64,000 nt of DNA from Phyllobates terribilis (Eukaryota), in assembly GCF_046119375.1 (NCBI RefSeq), contig NW_027362771.1, forward strand, positions 427,862,001 to 427,926,000, read 5' to 3'. The notes beneath the pieces are model-generated. The model was not told the origin of the DNA. It made no database searches and saw only the letters and a list, made by a program, of their open reading frames with translations. Made by a program: the position numbers and the translations under genes. Positions 45,313 to 57,559 of this stretch are shown piece after piece; the stretch's first letter is position 1, and the number at the start of each line of letters is the position of its first letter.

Positions 45313-46881
45313 CACTGTGTTCCAAATTATTATGCAAATAATATTTTCTCAGATTTTCCCAAATTACCTATATGAATTGCAGTCATTGTAATTTTCCAGT
45401 CAAATAACTATTAGAGTACAATTGAAAGGTTTTTGTACAAACTGCCTATGATAACAGTATATTTAAAAAAAAATAAAAAACTCAAACTGCACTCAAAATG
45501 CATGTTCCAAATTATTATGCACAGCAGAGTTTTCAACCTTTTCATTTTAATAAAGAACCAAAAAATGGTCATTTTTGAAATTATAAGCATTAGCAGGTTA
45601 TTACAAACTGAAATCAAACAGTTTTCAACTCAAAACTTTATTCTAGGTGATGTAACATTTGCACATAGGACCCCTTGTTCGAAAGGAGCTTCTGAACTCT
45701 CTCGTCCATTGAATTTGTCAGGTTTTGGATGGTTTCTGCTTCAATTGTTTTGCATGAGGACAGAATACCCTCCCAGAGCTGTTGCTTAGATGTGAACTGC
45801 CTCCCGCCATCATAGACACTCCTTTTGATGATGCTCCAGAGGTTCTCAATGGGGTTGAGGTCAGGAGAGCATGGGGGCCACACCATAAGTTTGTCCCCTT
45901 TTATGCCCATAGCAGCCAGAGATGCAGATGTGTTATGTGCAGCATGAGACGGGGCATTATCATGCATGAAAATGATCTTGCTGCGGAATGCACGGTTCTT
46001 TTTCTTGAACCATGGAAGGAAGTACTGTTTGAGAAACTCAACATACATCATGGAGTTCATCTTTACCCCTTCAGGGATCCTAAAAGGGCCGACAATCTCT
46101 CTCCCCATGATTCCAGTCCAAAACATTACTCCACCTCCTCCTTGTTAGTGCCGTAGCCGTGTTTGCATAGGGTGTCCATCAACCAGCCATCCTCCACTCC
46201 ATCCATCTGGACCATCGAGATCATTTCATGCATGATAATGCCCCGTCTCATGCTGCACATAACACATCTGCATCTCTGGCTGCTATGGGCATAAAAGGGG
46301 ACAAACTTATGGTGTGGCACCCATGCTCCCCTGACCTCAACCCCATTGAGAAACTCTGGAGCATCATCAAAAGGAGTGTCTATGATGGCGGGAGGCAGTT
46401 CACATCTAAGCAACAGCTCTGGGAGGGTATTCTGTCCTCATGCAAAACAATTAAAGCAGAAACCATCCAAAACCTGACAAATTCAATGGACGAGAGAGTT
46501 CAGAAGCTCCTTTCGAACAAGGGGTCCTATGTGCAAATGTTACATCACCTAGAATAAAGTTTTGAGTTGAAAACTGTTTTATTTCAGTTTGTTATAACCT
46601 GCTAATGCTTATAATTTCAAAAATGACCATTTTTTTGTTCTTTATTAAAATGAAAAGGTTGAAAACTCTGCTGTGCATAATAATTTGGAACATGCATTTT
46701 GAGTGCAGTTTGAGGTTTGTTTTTTTTTTAAATATAATGTTATCATAGGCAGTTTGCACAAAAACCTTTCAAATGTACTCTAATAGTTATTTGACTGGAA
46801 AATTACAATGACTGCAATTCATATAGGCAATTTGGGAAAATCTTAGAAAATATTATTTGCATAATAATTTGGAACACAGTG
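45313..46881. mobile_element. Foldback non-autonomous DD37E (TRT-type) derivative made of two inverted copies of the element's 3' part
   Basis: Arms 45313-45978 and 46218-46881 are near-perfect reverse complements, each encoding HDNAPSH..PDLNPIE..VQMLHHLE. TA TSD at 45311-12 and 46882-83. Confidence 0.93.
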
Positions 46882-47829
46882 TATATAGATATATAAATGG
46901 TTATTTATAGCTATTTGACTGCCCTCATTTTGTGACTCTGCGCGGTGCATTCTGACATCCGCATTACAGTTTCATGTCCATTTTACATGATTGTAGTTTC
47001 CTTTCATTCCGTTTGTCTGGTTTGTGCTATGCGTTTCATGTTGGTCCCATACCTCCTTGAGGAAGAAATAGTTCAGTGTGCACTCAGGAGCATAGTAAGG
47101 TTAGCGAACCAAGGCCTCTCTACCTTTAAGAAAACCCCTGGGACAGGGATAGTGAGGGCCCCTCTCCCTTACTTCAGACCAGCACATTGTGACACTGCCC
47201 ATATAACGGTGCAGATAAATAAGAGACAAACAATAATAGCAATAACATACTATATCCACATTGTGCAAGAGATACAATCCACAAAGAGGCTGGTAAAATT
47301 CCACCACACCCGAGGCATGTTATGCAGAGACTGCTTCGGCCAGGGGCGGTGTGGTATCGGAGTGTAAGGTATTTAACCCCTTTACCCCCGAAGATGGTTT
47401 GCACATTAATGACTAGGTTAATTTTTCCAATTCTGACCACTGTCAATTTATGAAAAAATAACTCTGGAACGCTTCAACGAATCCCACTGATTCTGAGATT
47501 GTTTTTACATGAGAGCAATTTTGGAACCAACATTTTTTTTGTTAGGAAGTTATAAGGGTTAAAAGTTGACCATGATTTTTCATTTTTCCAACAAAATTTA
47601 CAAAACCATTTTTTTATGGACCACATCACATTTGAAGTGACTTTGAGGGGCTTCGTGACAGAAAATACCCCCAAAATGATACCATTCTAAAAACTGCACC
47701 CCTCAAGGTGCTCAAAACCACATTCAAAAAATTTATTAATCCTTCAGGTGCTTCACAGGAATTTTTGGAATGCGGAAGAAAACAATTAACATTTAACTTT
47801 TTTTCACAAAATGTTACTTTAGACCCACA

Positions 47830-48900
47830 TTTTTTTATTTTTGCAAGGTTAGCAGGAAAAAATAGACCATAAAATTTGTTGTGCAATTTCTCCTGAGTAT
47901 GCTGATACCCCCATATGTGGGGGAAAACCACTGTTTGGGCACATGGCATGGCTCAGAAGGGAAGGAGCGCCATGTAACTTTTTGAATGCAAAATTTGCTT
48001 GAATAATTAGCGGACTCCATGTCATGTTTGGGGAGCCCCTGATGTGCCTAAACAGTGGAAACCCCACACAAGTGACACAATTTTGGAAACTAGACCCCTC
48101 AGGGAACTTATCTAGATGTGCGGTGAGCATATTGAACCCCTAGGTGCTTCACAGAAACTTATAACCTTGAGCCGTAAAAATAAAATTTTCACATTTTCCC
48201 ACAAAAATGTTATTTCAGCCACAAATTTTGCATTTTTATAATGGTAACAGGAGAAATTGCACCATATCATTTGTTGTTCAATTTCTCCTGAATAAGCCGA
48301 TACCCTATATGTGTGAGAAAACCACTGTTTGGACGCACGGCAGGGTTTGGAAGGGAAGGAGTGCCATTTGACTTTTTGAATGTAAAATTAGCGGACGCCA
48401 TTTCGCGTTTGGGGAGCCCCTGATGTGACTAAATAGTGGAAACTGCCCACAACTGACCCCATTTTGGAAACTAGACCCCTCAAGGAACTTATCTAGATGT
48501 GTGGTGAGCACAGGTGCTTCACAAAAGTTTATAACGTAGAGCCATGAAAATATAAAAATCAAACTTTTTCCACAAAAATGATCTTTTAGCCCCAAATATT
48601 TTCTATTTTCACAATGGTAAGAGGAGAAAATGGACCCCAAAAACTGTTGTGCAATTTCTCATGAGTACGCAGATACTCCATAAGTGGGGAAAAAACACTG
48701 GACGCACGGCAGGGTTCAGAAGGGAAGGAGCACTGTGTGACTTTTTGAACACAAAATTGGCTGGAATCGAGAGTGGACACCATGTCGCGTTAGGAGAGCC
48801 CCTGATGCGCTTGAACAGTGGAAACCCCCCCCCACAAGTGACTCCATTTTGGAAAGTAGACCCCTCAAGGATTTCATCAAGTGGTATAGTGAACATTTTG
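47830..48900. repeat. Three ~350-390-bp tandem subunits
   Basis: Recurrent GGAAGGGAAGGAGC, GAGCCCCTGATGTG..AACAGTGGAAAC and TTTTGGAAACTAGACCCCTCA motifs at ~48090, 48465 and 48855. Confidence 0.8.
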
Positions 48901-48961
48901 AACTCAGAGGTACAACACAGAATTTGATAACATTAGGTCATCATATTGCATAAGTTATCAT

Positions 48962-49241
48962 TAGTCTTGAGCACAAGTGATCGCTACTTGAGTTTGCATC
49001 GGGTAGTCAGGTATGCACCAAGTATCGTGGGCGCTCGAGTGACATGCTCGAGTCACCGCCCCGCATGTTTCATGATTGTTAGACACCCAAATAAAAAACA
49101 TGCTTGGATTTCTTGGCTGCATAACAGCCGCAAAGCATATGGGGCGGAGACTCGAGCATGTCACTCGAGCACCCACGATACTTGGTGCATACCCGAGCAC
49201 TCGATGCAAACTCAAGTAGCGAGCACTTGCGCTCAACACTA
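48962..49241. mobile_element. Palindromic hAT-type MITE (280 bp)
   Basis: TAGT(C/G)TTGAGC termini and an almost fully self-complementary body. 8-bp flanks GTTATCAT/GTCGCCAT (5/8). Confidence 0.8.
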
Positions 49242-49284
49242 GTCGCCATATCGTCATCATTTTTTTTCTTTACCTCTGAAAAAA

Positions 49285-49540
49285 TCCCAACCCCAACACA
49301 AACCTAACCCCAACCCTAATACAATCCTAACCCTAACATAATGCTAACGCCAACCCTAACACTAACCTTAACACAACCCTAACTCAACCTTAACCATAAC
49401 ACAACCCTAACCCTAACACAACCCTAACCCTAGCACAACCCTAAGTCTAACACAACCCTAACCCAACCCTAATCCTAACCTAACCCTAACACAACCCTAA
49501 CCCTAACACAACCCTAATCCTAACCGTAAATCTAATCCTA
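49285..49540. repeat. Degenerate interstitial telomere-like (CCCTAA)n tract with CACAA variants
   Basis: About 40 hexamer-sized units, with a recurrent CCCTAA-CCCTAA-CACAA higher-order unit. Confidence 0.85.
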
Positions 49541-50314
49541 GAGTTTATTTTTTACGCCGTTCCTCGTGCAGTATAAGTAATTAGACAAATTTATTCTTCT
49601 AATAAATCTTCCCTCCCCTGACGAAGCCATTCTTGATGGCGATATGCATGGGGTCTCTCCCCTTGAGCCACTCATTATTGTCACTGTGGCCACAGGCTTA
49701 GTATTTGCTGTAATGCTATAGGCTCATTTCAATGGTTATTTGGCTGTTACTTATTTTCCTGGTAGGTTCTTACATTGCATAACCTCTGCCACTTATTTCA
49801 ATGACTTACTTCTAGATCATGCACATGTTTATTTAATGCTGTCATTGTCAGCAGTGTTGAGGAGGTTGCTCTTTATATGTGCGTATATCTGTGTAAGAAT
49901 ATTTATTCTGTCATTAGTATTTTTTCTGGCAGTTGTTAGCCGGCCAGGTCTTATCTCTATGCACTCGCACTTTGGAGGTTCTTCCTCCCATGGCTTACAT
50001 GTTGTATTTATTTATTTACATATACACTTGTTTAGCCTGTCCATATCTGTAGTTACATTTTTATACATATTAGTGTGACTAAGTAGACTATGTAGCAGCC
50101 ATTGTCCTTACATCTTTAATCACATTGTTATTCATTATTTATTTGTGACATTTTTGCCTGTGGTCCGTTCAGCTTGGTAGTTCAGGGCTGTCATAATCCG
50201 ATTATGGGCTATCTGACATGTCTTGGGTTTTAATTGTTTTTATATTTTCTTGTCTGTGTTTTTGGCTCACTGTGTTGATAAAGTTTCATATTTTGTCTAT
50301 AGATCCCCTTTTTT

Positions 50315-51124
50315 ACATAGTTACATAGTTAGTAAAGCCGAATAAAGACTTGCGTCCATCAAGTTCGACCTGTTAGTTCTGTAATTGCTAAAGTTGATCC
50401 AGAGGAGGGCAAAAACCCCAAATGATTTGGCCAATCTTCACCTGAGGAAAAATTCCCTCCCGACTCTGAAACCAGCAGTCAGAATAAATCCCTGTATCAA
50501 CCTACTATTTTATTTTATTTTTAAGTATATGCAGAAATCTGCCTGGTATCTAGAAATGCATCCAGTCCCCGCTTGAACTGGTTTAGTGAATCCGACATTA
50601 CCGTCTCCTCACTCAGTGAATTCCATATTCTCACTGCTCTTACCGTAAAGAACCCCTTCCTATGCTGGTGCTGAAACCTTTTCTCTTCCAGTCTTAGTGA
50701 GTGCCCTCTTGTTACCGTAATATCCCTCCTTTTGAACAAATCCCGGGCAAGGTCTCTATACTGTCCCCTAACATATTTGTACACATTTATTATGTCCCCC
50801 CTCAACCTTCTCTTTTCCAGGCTGAATAGTCCTAGTTTTGCCAACCTCTCTGGGTATTGCAGTCCCTCCATTCCCTTTATTAATTTTGTTGCCCTCCTTT
50901 GTACCTTTTCAAGCTCATTTATATCCTTTCTATATATTGGGGCCCATAACTGAGCACAGTATTCCAAGTGTGGTCTGACCAGTGCTTTGTACAGTGGAAG
51001 AACAATGTTCTCATCCTTTGCAGCTATACCTCTTCTGATACATCCCATTACCCTGTTTGCCCTTACAGCAGCGGCCTGACTTTGGGCACTCCAATTTAGT
51101 TTGCTATCAATCAAGATGCCCAAG
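50315..51124 (-). mobile_element. CR1 LINE 3' fragment (RT C-terminus and 3' UTR)
   Basis: ORF 50521-51123 LYKALVRPHLEYCAQLWAP..LEKVQRRATKLI..LEKRRLRGD, and an octamer tail (TTACATAG)2 at 50313-50328. Confidence 0.92.
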
Positions 51125-51247
51125 TTTTTTACATTTCTTTTCTTTCTTTGTTACTTTATTCTTTGGGTCGGTGCAATTATAGCGATACCAGATTCATATC
51201 GGGTTTTTATGTTTGGCAGCTGTCGCACACTAAGGCTCGCACACTAA

Positions 51248-53362
51248 GGCTATTTGCACACGATGCGGTTTTAATGCCTTTCCACTGCTGTTTTTCCGCC
51301 GCAGAAACGCATTAAAACCACTTGTTAATAGATCTGCCATGTATAGCAATGGTAATCCGGATGTGCTGTGCACATGGTGTGGAAATTTCCACTCCGGATT
51401 ACTATTGCGGTAAAAACCGCAGCAGGACCATTTATTGCGCGATTCCACGACGAATTCACGCCCATTGACTTGCATTGAATCGCAGGAAACCCGCAGGTAG
51501 AATCTATACCTGCGGATTTGCTGGGTTTCAATGAAAGACAATGGGTGCAAAATCGCGCCGAAAATGCGCTGAGGGTGGTACCCGGGTTGGGAGAGGAGAT
51601 TGCTACTCCTCTCATCCGACCGCTGTTCCCGCTGATAACAGCGGGAGTGACGTGGATGGGAGAAGCTGCAGTCTGCTCTTCCCAGCCACCGTGCCTGTGG
51701 TCAAAAAAAGAAAAAAAAAAAGTAAAAATAAAAAAATAAACGTTTATACTCACCTTATAGACGTCCTCCATTACTAACCTGGGCTTCACGTCAGCCGCCA
51801 ATACAAGGCTGACGTGAACCCCAACCCTATTACCCCACCGCTACAGGGCAGTGGGAAGAGCAAGGCTAAGCTCCAGATTTGTCGCATCTTATGGTTGCGC
51901 CATTTTTGGGACTGCTGAGGGGTGATATTAATAGCTGCGGAGGGGGCTAGTATCCATGGCCCCTTCCCTGGCTATTAATATCAGCCCGCAGCTGTCTAGT
52001 TTAGTCTTTGCTGGTTAGATTTTATAGGGGGACCCCACATCAATTTTTTTCTGGGGTCCCCCTGTAATCTAGTTAGTAAAGGCTAAACAAACAGCTGTGG
52101 GCTGATATTAATTGCCAGGGAACATTGTTGGCTAATGGCCCCTTCCCCGGCTACTAATAATTGCCCTCAGTGGATGGCTTTCCCTCTGCTGGTTATAAAA
52201 ATGACAAGGGAGCCCACAACATTTTTTTTTTAATTTTAGGCTCTGTGCCCATCATTCAGACGTAACAGCGCTTTGGATGCATATTTTTTGCTGCGTCCAA
52301 AACGTGGCATTCTATTGAACACAGGTAAATTCACATGTGTTCACTGAACCATGCGTATTTACTGCATTCAATACATTCTAGTGGTCAAATTTCTGTTGCG
52401 GAGACTAGTGACTCTGCAAGAGAATTTGACATGCAGTGGTCCTGAAAGACGTGTCGCATGTCAGTGTCCACGGGTGATTTGCAGCCTCTGATGCACGCAT
52501 AGTGGACATGGGATTTCTAGAGATCCCATACACTATGCTGTAACATCTGGACGCTGGGGGTTTGACGCTGTATAAACACGCAGCATCCAAATCTGCAGCG
52601 GCTCCTGATCGTGGCCACGTACCCAAACTCACTCGCAGCATGTCAATTTCTGTAGCGGACACGCTACTCTCCGCTGCAGATTTTGACCGATTGAAGTGTC
52701 ATTATATGCGGTGGATTCACATGTATTGACAACAAAAGTGTGGTATTACAACATCGCGTTTTGGACACAACAAAAATACGTTATGTCCAAATCGCTGCTG
52801 AGTGCTGTTCGTGGGGACGTAGCTGCTAACGAACCAGCTGTGAGAAGTTAATTATGGCCAGGGAAAATGTTTGCAAATGGCACCTTCCCAGGTTAAAAAT
52901 AACAGCTCACAGCAGCCGCATAAGTTACATGAATAGAAATGCTAATGAAGATTGGGTGAATGGGACTAGCTGACACCCAGCTCTTTTATTTGGTGATGAC
53001 AAGGTGTCAATCAGACCTTTTCATTACCAAATTTAATTAAAGTAAAGTAAAGAGTTAAATAAACACACAGACACAGAGCAAACACTTTATTTGAAATACA
53101 ACAAACACATTCAGACACAATCATTTAAATGAACCAATATGCTCACCCAGTTCTATGGTAATCCAAGGGTTTAAGCAATGTCCCACCAAATAACTTTATT
53201 TAGCAGAAAAAAGCATTCATTGATGTACAAAAATGCTTAAAAAAAACCATGTAAAAAAAACGTCAAAAACGCATGTAAAATCCACATGCGTTTTTTCTGC
53301 CAGGGAGAGGCAAAAACGCTCAGGAAATTTCTGTTTCAAATCCGCATTGTGCGCACATAGCC
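51248..53362. mobile_element. Long composite Harbinger-type MITE with nested repeats
   Basis: GGCTATTTGCACAC.. / ..GTGCGCACATAGCC termini with TAA on both sides. A smaller related element lies at ~52248-52625. Confidence 0.65.
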
Positions 53363-54206
53363 TAAAACACACTTTTTTTTTTTGCAAAGACTAGTTTTTG
53401 CAATAATTTTTCCATATTTCGGCCGACAGATTCATGTGAGGGCTTGTTTTTTGCTGGACAAATTGACATTTTTATTGGTACCATTTTCGGGCAAATTAAA
53501 TTTTTTGATCACTTTCTATTCTGATTTTTGGTAGGCAGAATAAACAAAAACCAACAATTCAGGAATTGTTTTTTTTTATTTTTTATGCCGTTCCGTGTGT
53601 GGTAAAATTGAGAAGGCAGCTTTATTCATTGGGTGGTCAGTATGTTTACAGCAATACTACATTTATATACTTTTTTTTATGTTTTGGCGCTTTTACACAA
53701 TAAAAAATATTTTATAGAAAAAATATATTTTTTTTGCATCGCTTTATTCTGAGAGCAATACCTTTTCTATTTTTCAGCTGATGGAGCTGTATGGTGGCTT
53801 TTTTTTTGCAGGACAAAATAACGTTTTTAGCGGTACCATTTTTATATACATTCTTTTTCTATCACGTTTTATTCCATTTTTTTTTGGGCGTATGATGATA
53901 AAGCATCGTGTTTTGCTTAGTTTCTTATTTACTTCTTTTACCGTGTTCACTAAAGGGGTAAACTAGTGGGACAGTTTTATAGGTCAGGACGTTGCGATAC
54001 CAGATATGTGTACTTTTATTGTTTTGTTTTTATTCCATAATAATATTTATTTATGGGTACAGTATATTTTTAGTTTTTTGGGATTTGTAATGCAGGTGTC
54101 AGAAATGCAACACGCAGAGACACGAAGTGAGGGCAGTCAGAGATGTGTAAAAACAATTTATATATATATTTATATAAAAATACAGTAATATATATATATA
54201 TATATA

Positions 54207-55762
54207 CACTGTGTGCAGAATTATTAGGCAAATGAGTATTTTGCTCACATGATACTTTTTATACATGTTGTCCTACTCCAAGCTGCATAGGCTTGAGAGC
54301 CAACTACCAATTAAGTAAATCTGGTGATGTGCATCTCTGTAATGAAGAGGGGTGTTGACTAATGACATCAACACCCTATATAAGGTGTGCTTAATTATTA
54401 GGCAACTTCCTTTCCTTTGGCAAAATGGGTCAGAAGAGAGATTTGACAGGCTCTAAAAAGTCCAAAATTGTGAGATGTCTTGCAGAGGGATGCAGCAGTC
54501 TTGAAATTTCCTAACTTTTGAAGCGTGATCACCGAACAATCAAGCGTTTCATGGCAAACAAGCCAACAGGGTCGCAAGAAGCATGTTGGCCAAAAAAGGC
54601 GCAAAATAACTGCCCATGAATTGAGGAAAATCAAGCGTGAAGCTGCAAAGATGCCATTCGCCACCAGTTTTGCCATATTTCAGAGCTGCAACGTTACTGG
54701 AGTATCAAAAAGCACAAGGTGTGCGATACTCAGGGACATGGCCAAGGTAAGGAAGGCTGAAAAACGACCATCTTTGAACAAGAAACATAAGATAAAATGT
54801 CAAGAATGGGCCAAGAAATATCTTAAGACTGATTTTTCAAAGGTTTTATGGACTGATGAAATGAGTGACTCTTGATGGGCCAGATGGATGGGCCAGAGGC
54901 TGGATCAGTAAAGGGCAGAGAGCTCCACTCCGACTCAGAAGCCAGCAAGGTGGAGGTGGGGTACTGGTATGGGCTGGTATCATCAAAGATGAACTTGTGG
55001 GACCTTTTCGGGTTGAGGATGGAGTGAAGCTCAACTCCCAGACCTACTGCCAGTTTCTGGAAGACAAGTTCTTCAAGCAGTGGTACAGGAAGAAGTCGGT
55101 ATTGTTCAAGAAAAACATGATTTTCATGCAGGACAATGCTCCATCACATGCATCCAACTACTCCACAGCGTGGCTGGCCTGTAAAGGTCTAAAAGAAGAA
55201 AAAATAATGACATGGCCCCCTTGTTCACCTGATCTGAACCCCATAGAGAACCTGTGGTCCATCATAAAATGTGAGATCTACAGGGAGGGAAAACAGTACA
55301 CCTCTCGGAACAGTGTCTGGGAGGCTGTGGTTGCTGCTGCACGCAATGTTGAGCGAAAGCAGAACAAGCAACTGACAGAATCTATAGATGGAAGGCTGTT
55401 GAGTGTCATCATAAAGAAAGGTGGCTATGCTGATCACTAATTTTTGGGGTTTTTGTTTTTGCATGTCAGACATGTTTATTTCTAAATTTTGGTTTGATAT
55501 TGGTTTACCTGGTGAAAATAAACAAATGAGATGGGATTATATTTGGTTTTTATTAAGTTGCCTAATAATTCTGCACAGTAATAGTTACCTGCACAAACAG
55601 ATATCCTCCTAAGATAGCCAAATCTAAAAAAACCCCACTCCAACTTCCAAAAATATTAAGTTTGGATACTTATGAGCCTTTTGGGTTGATTGAGAATATA
55701 GTTGTTGATCAATAATAAAAATAATCCTCTAAAATACAACTTGCCTAATAATTCTGCACACA

Positions 55763-55765
<3 letters not shown>
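54207..55765 (+). mobile_element. Tc1-like transposon, DD37E (TRT-type), degenerate transposase 54425-55440
   Basis: Same TIR and protein as 8286-9847, in the opposite orientation. Contains a stop and a frameshift. (TA)n on both sides. Confidence 0.92.

Positions 55766-55808
<43 letters not shown>
55764..55808. repeat. (TA)n microsatellite
   Basis: About 22 TA units abutting the Tc1 end. Confidence 0.95.
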
Positions 55809-55810
<2 letters not shown>

Positions 55811-57559
55811 CCAGGCTTTAAACAAGGGGTTAGTAACAAGGATGAACAGGTAATTTACAATAACAATGAACAATCTCCCAAAATAGTGTGATGCGCCCTG
55901 GCGTGGGAGTCACCACAGCAGTTCTTTAACTCTGTAAATGGTCCTAGCAGGGGTCACCGGTTATTCCCGCTAGGCCGCAAGTCTTTTTCTAACTAAGTCA
56001 ATTAAATCTAGTTTGGCTCTTTCCACTTTGCCCATCCCCCTCCCAACCTGACATTCTAAACCCCACTGCCCACGGTACCGTGGATGATCATTTGACGTGT
56101 CGGCCCTGTTCAGCGATGTAGCTCCTCTGTTTCTCCTGGCGTGACCCCCCTGACGCAGTTCTCTCTTATCTCCTCTCTGCTTGGCCATTGGAAGCGGTCT
56201 CTCGCGCCTTGAATAGCGGGGTCCAGACCTTGTCAGTTGATGGGCAATGTCGGGTACGGTGAAGTCAGTACCACAAGCAGATCCCGGCTCTCCTCAGTGA
56301 CCACGGTACTTGGGGGATCCAGCATTTGTTCACCAGTGTCCGCCTGTGCTGCCTCGTAGGTCTCTGCCTCCAACCTGTCAGGCTGGTTTCCGGAGCTCAT
56401 CCCTCGCGCATCTCCTTCTCCTTGCTGCTTGGCGCCGAAATCACCTCAGGTTTGGCGAGCTCGACCATTATGTTTAAAAACTCCTCACTGGACGTCACCT
56501 GACCGGGTCTCACATTCAAATCTGTTCCCCCTTCAACATTTCTAAGGCATCTTGATTCCGTTTGATTGCAGTCAACCAGCAGATAACAATAAGGCTTTTT
56601 GACTTCTATTACAGATTATTTTTTCATTTTTTTAAATATTTTTACAATTTTTTTTTCACTTTTTTTTTTTCACTTTTCGACACTTTTACGCTTTATCCCA
56701 CTATGGGACTTTCATTTTTTGCAGGCTGATCACTTGTATAGCATAGGGATGCAGAAGCATCCCTGTTCTATGCAAGCTGTCAGCTCTGCACTGGCACAGG
56801 TTAGTTAGATCGTGCACTGCGCATGATCTAACTAACTTCCTGATGCCTGGTGACCTGGATGTCGTCATGACGACATCGGGTCACCATGGTAACGATAGCG
56901 CGAGGTCTCCATTCCAAGGTAAGAGGGGCAGCTTTTCCTGTCCCTGCTCACGAAATGCTGTGATTGACTTCGATCGCAGCATTTCAGGCGTTAATGTGCC
57001 GGAAGCGGTGCAGGACCACTTCTGGCACAGAGTACCGGGTGTCAGAATCAACTGACACCTGGAGGCGATCGCGCCCACACGACCTATGTGCGGGCGTGAT
57101 CGGTGAGGTGTAATAATAATAATAATAATAAGTACCTGGTCATTAAGGTGCAGGTCACAGAGACATATTATTACACCTCACGTCAAAAAAGGGTCAAGTG
57201 GGAATCATCTAATGGGAAACAATAATTAATTGATCGACACCTGTATGTTAAAGACGTTCACGCCCACTCCAATGTGTCCAGCCAATACATACCCATATAG
57301 ATATGAAACGTGGGAACGCCCGCTGTGTATGTCACACACCACCGTGATAGAAAACAGTAAGCAGTGCGATAAAGTCCCTATACCAGAAGTGCGTGTACAG
57401 AATTAGCATAAGCAGGTCACCACTCATGTGACCCAGTACGACCAAATAATGGAAGGCATGTCACTCATCATGTGACCAAATATAGTCACGCGGTAGGGAA
57501 CATGTCACAGATCACAGGACCAAACATGGCCACATGATAACAGCGACCCCTTTGAAGAG

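Larger units (their letters stand above)
42837..46968 (+). mobile_element. Solo LTR (~930 bp net) containing a long ORF, interrupted by two Tc1 insertions
   Basis: TGTAATAG...GCATTACA termini and exact 4-bp TSD GTTT (42833-36, 46969-72). Homologous along most of its length to 54086-56588 (-). Confidence 0.8.
54086..56588 (-). mobile_element. Diverged second copy of the ORF-bearing solo LTR, interrupted by a DD37E element
   Basis: Minus-strand termini TGTTATC...GCATTACA. Shares GACCCGGTCAGGTGAC, CCTGAGGTGATTTCGG, GCGGGAATAACCGG, TTACTAACCCCT and TGACTGCCCTCA with 42837-46968. TSD not clean. Confidence 0.75.
47377..57193. mobile_element. Large non-autonomous TTAA-CCCC (piggyBac-like) element heavily invaded by younger inserts
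   Basis: TTAA-CCCCTTT left end and degenerate AAAGGG-TCAA right end. T-rich internal segments at 51135-51245, 53363-54085 and 56589-57193 appear to be one host. No transposase. Confidence 0.55.
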
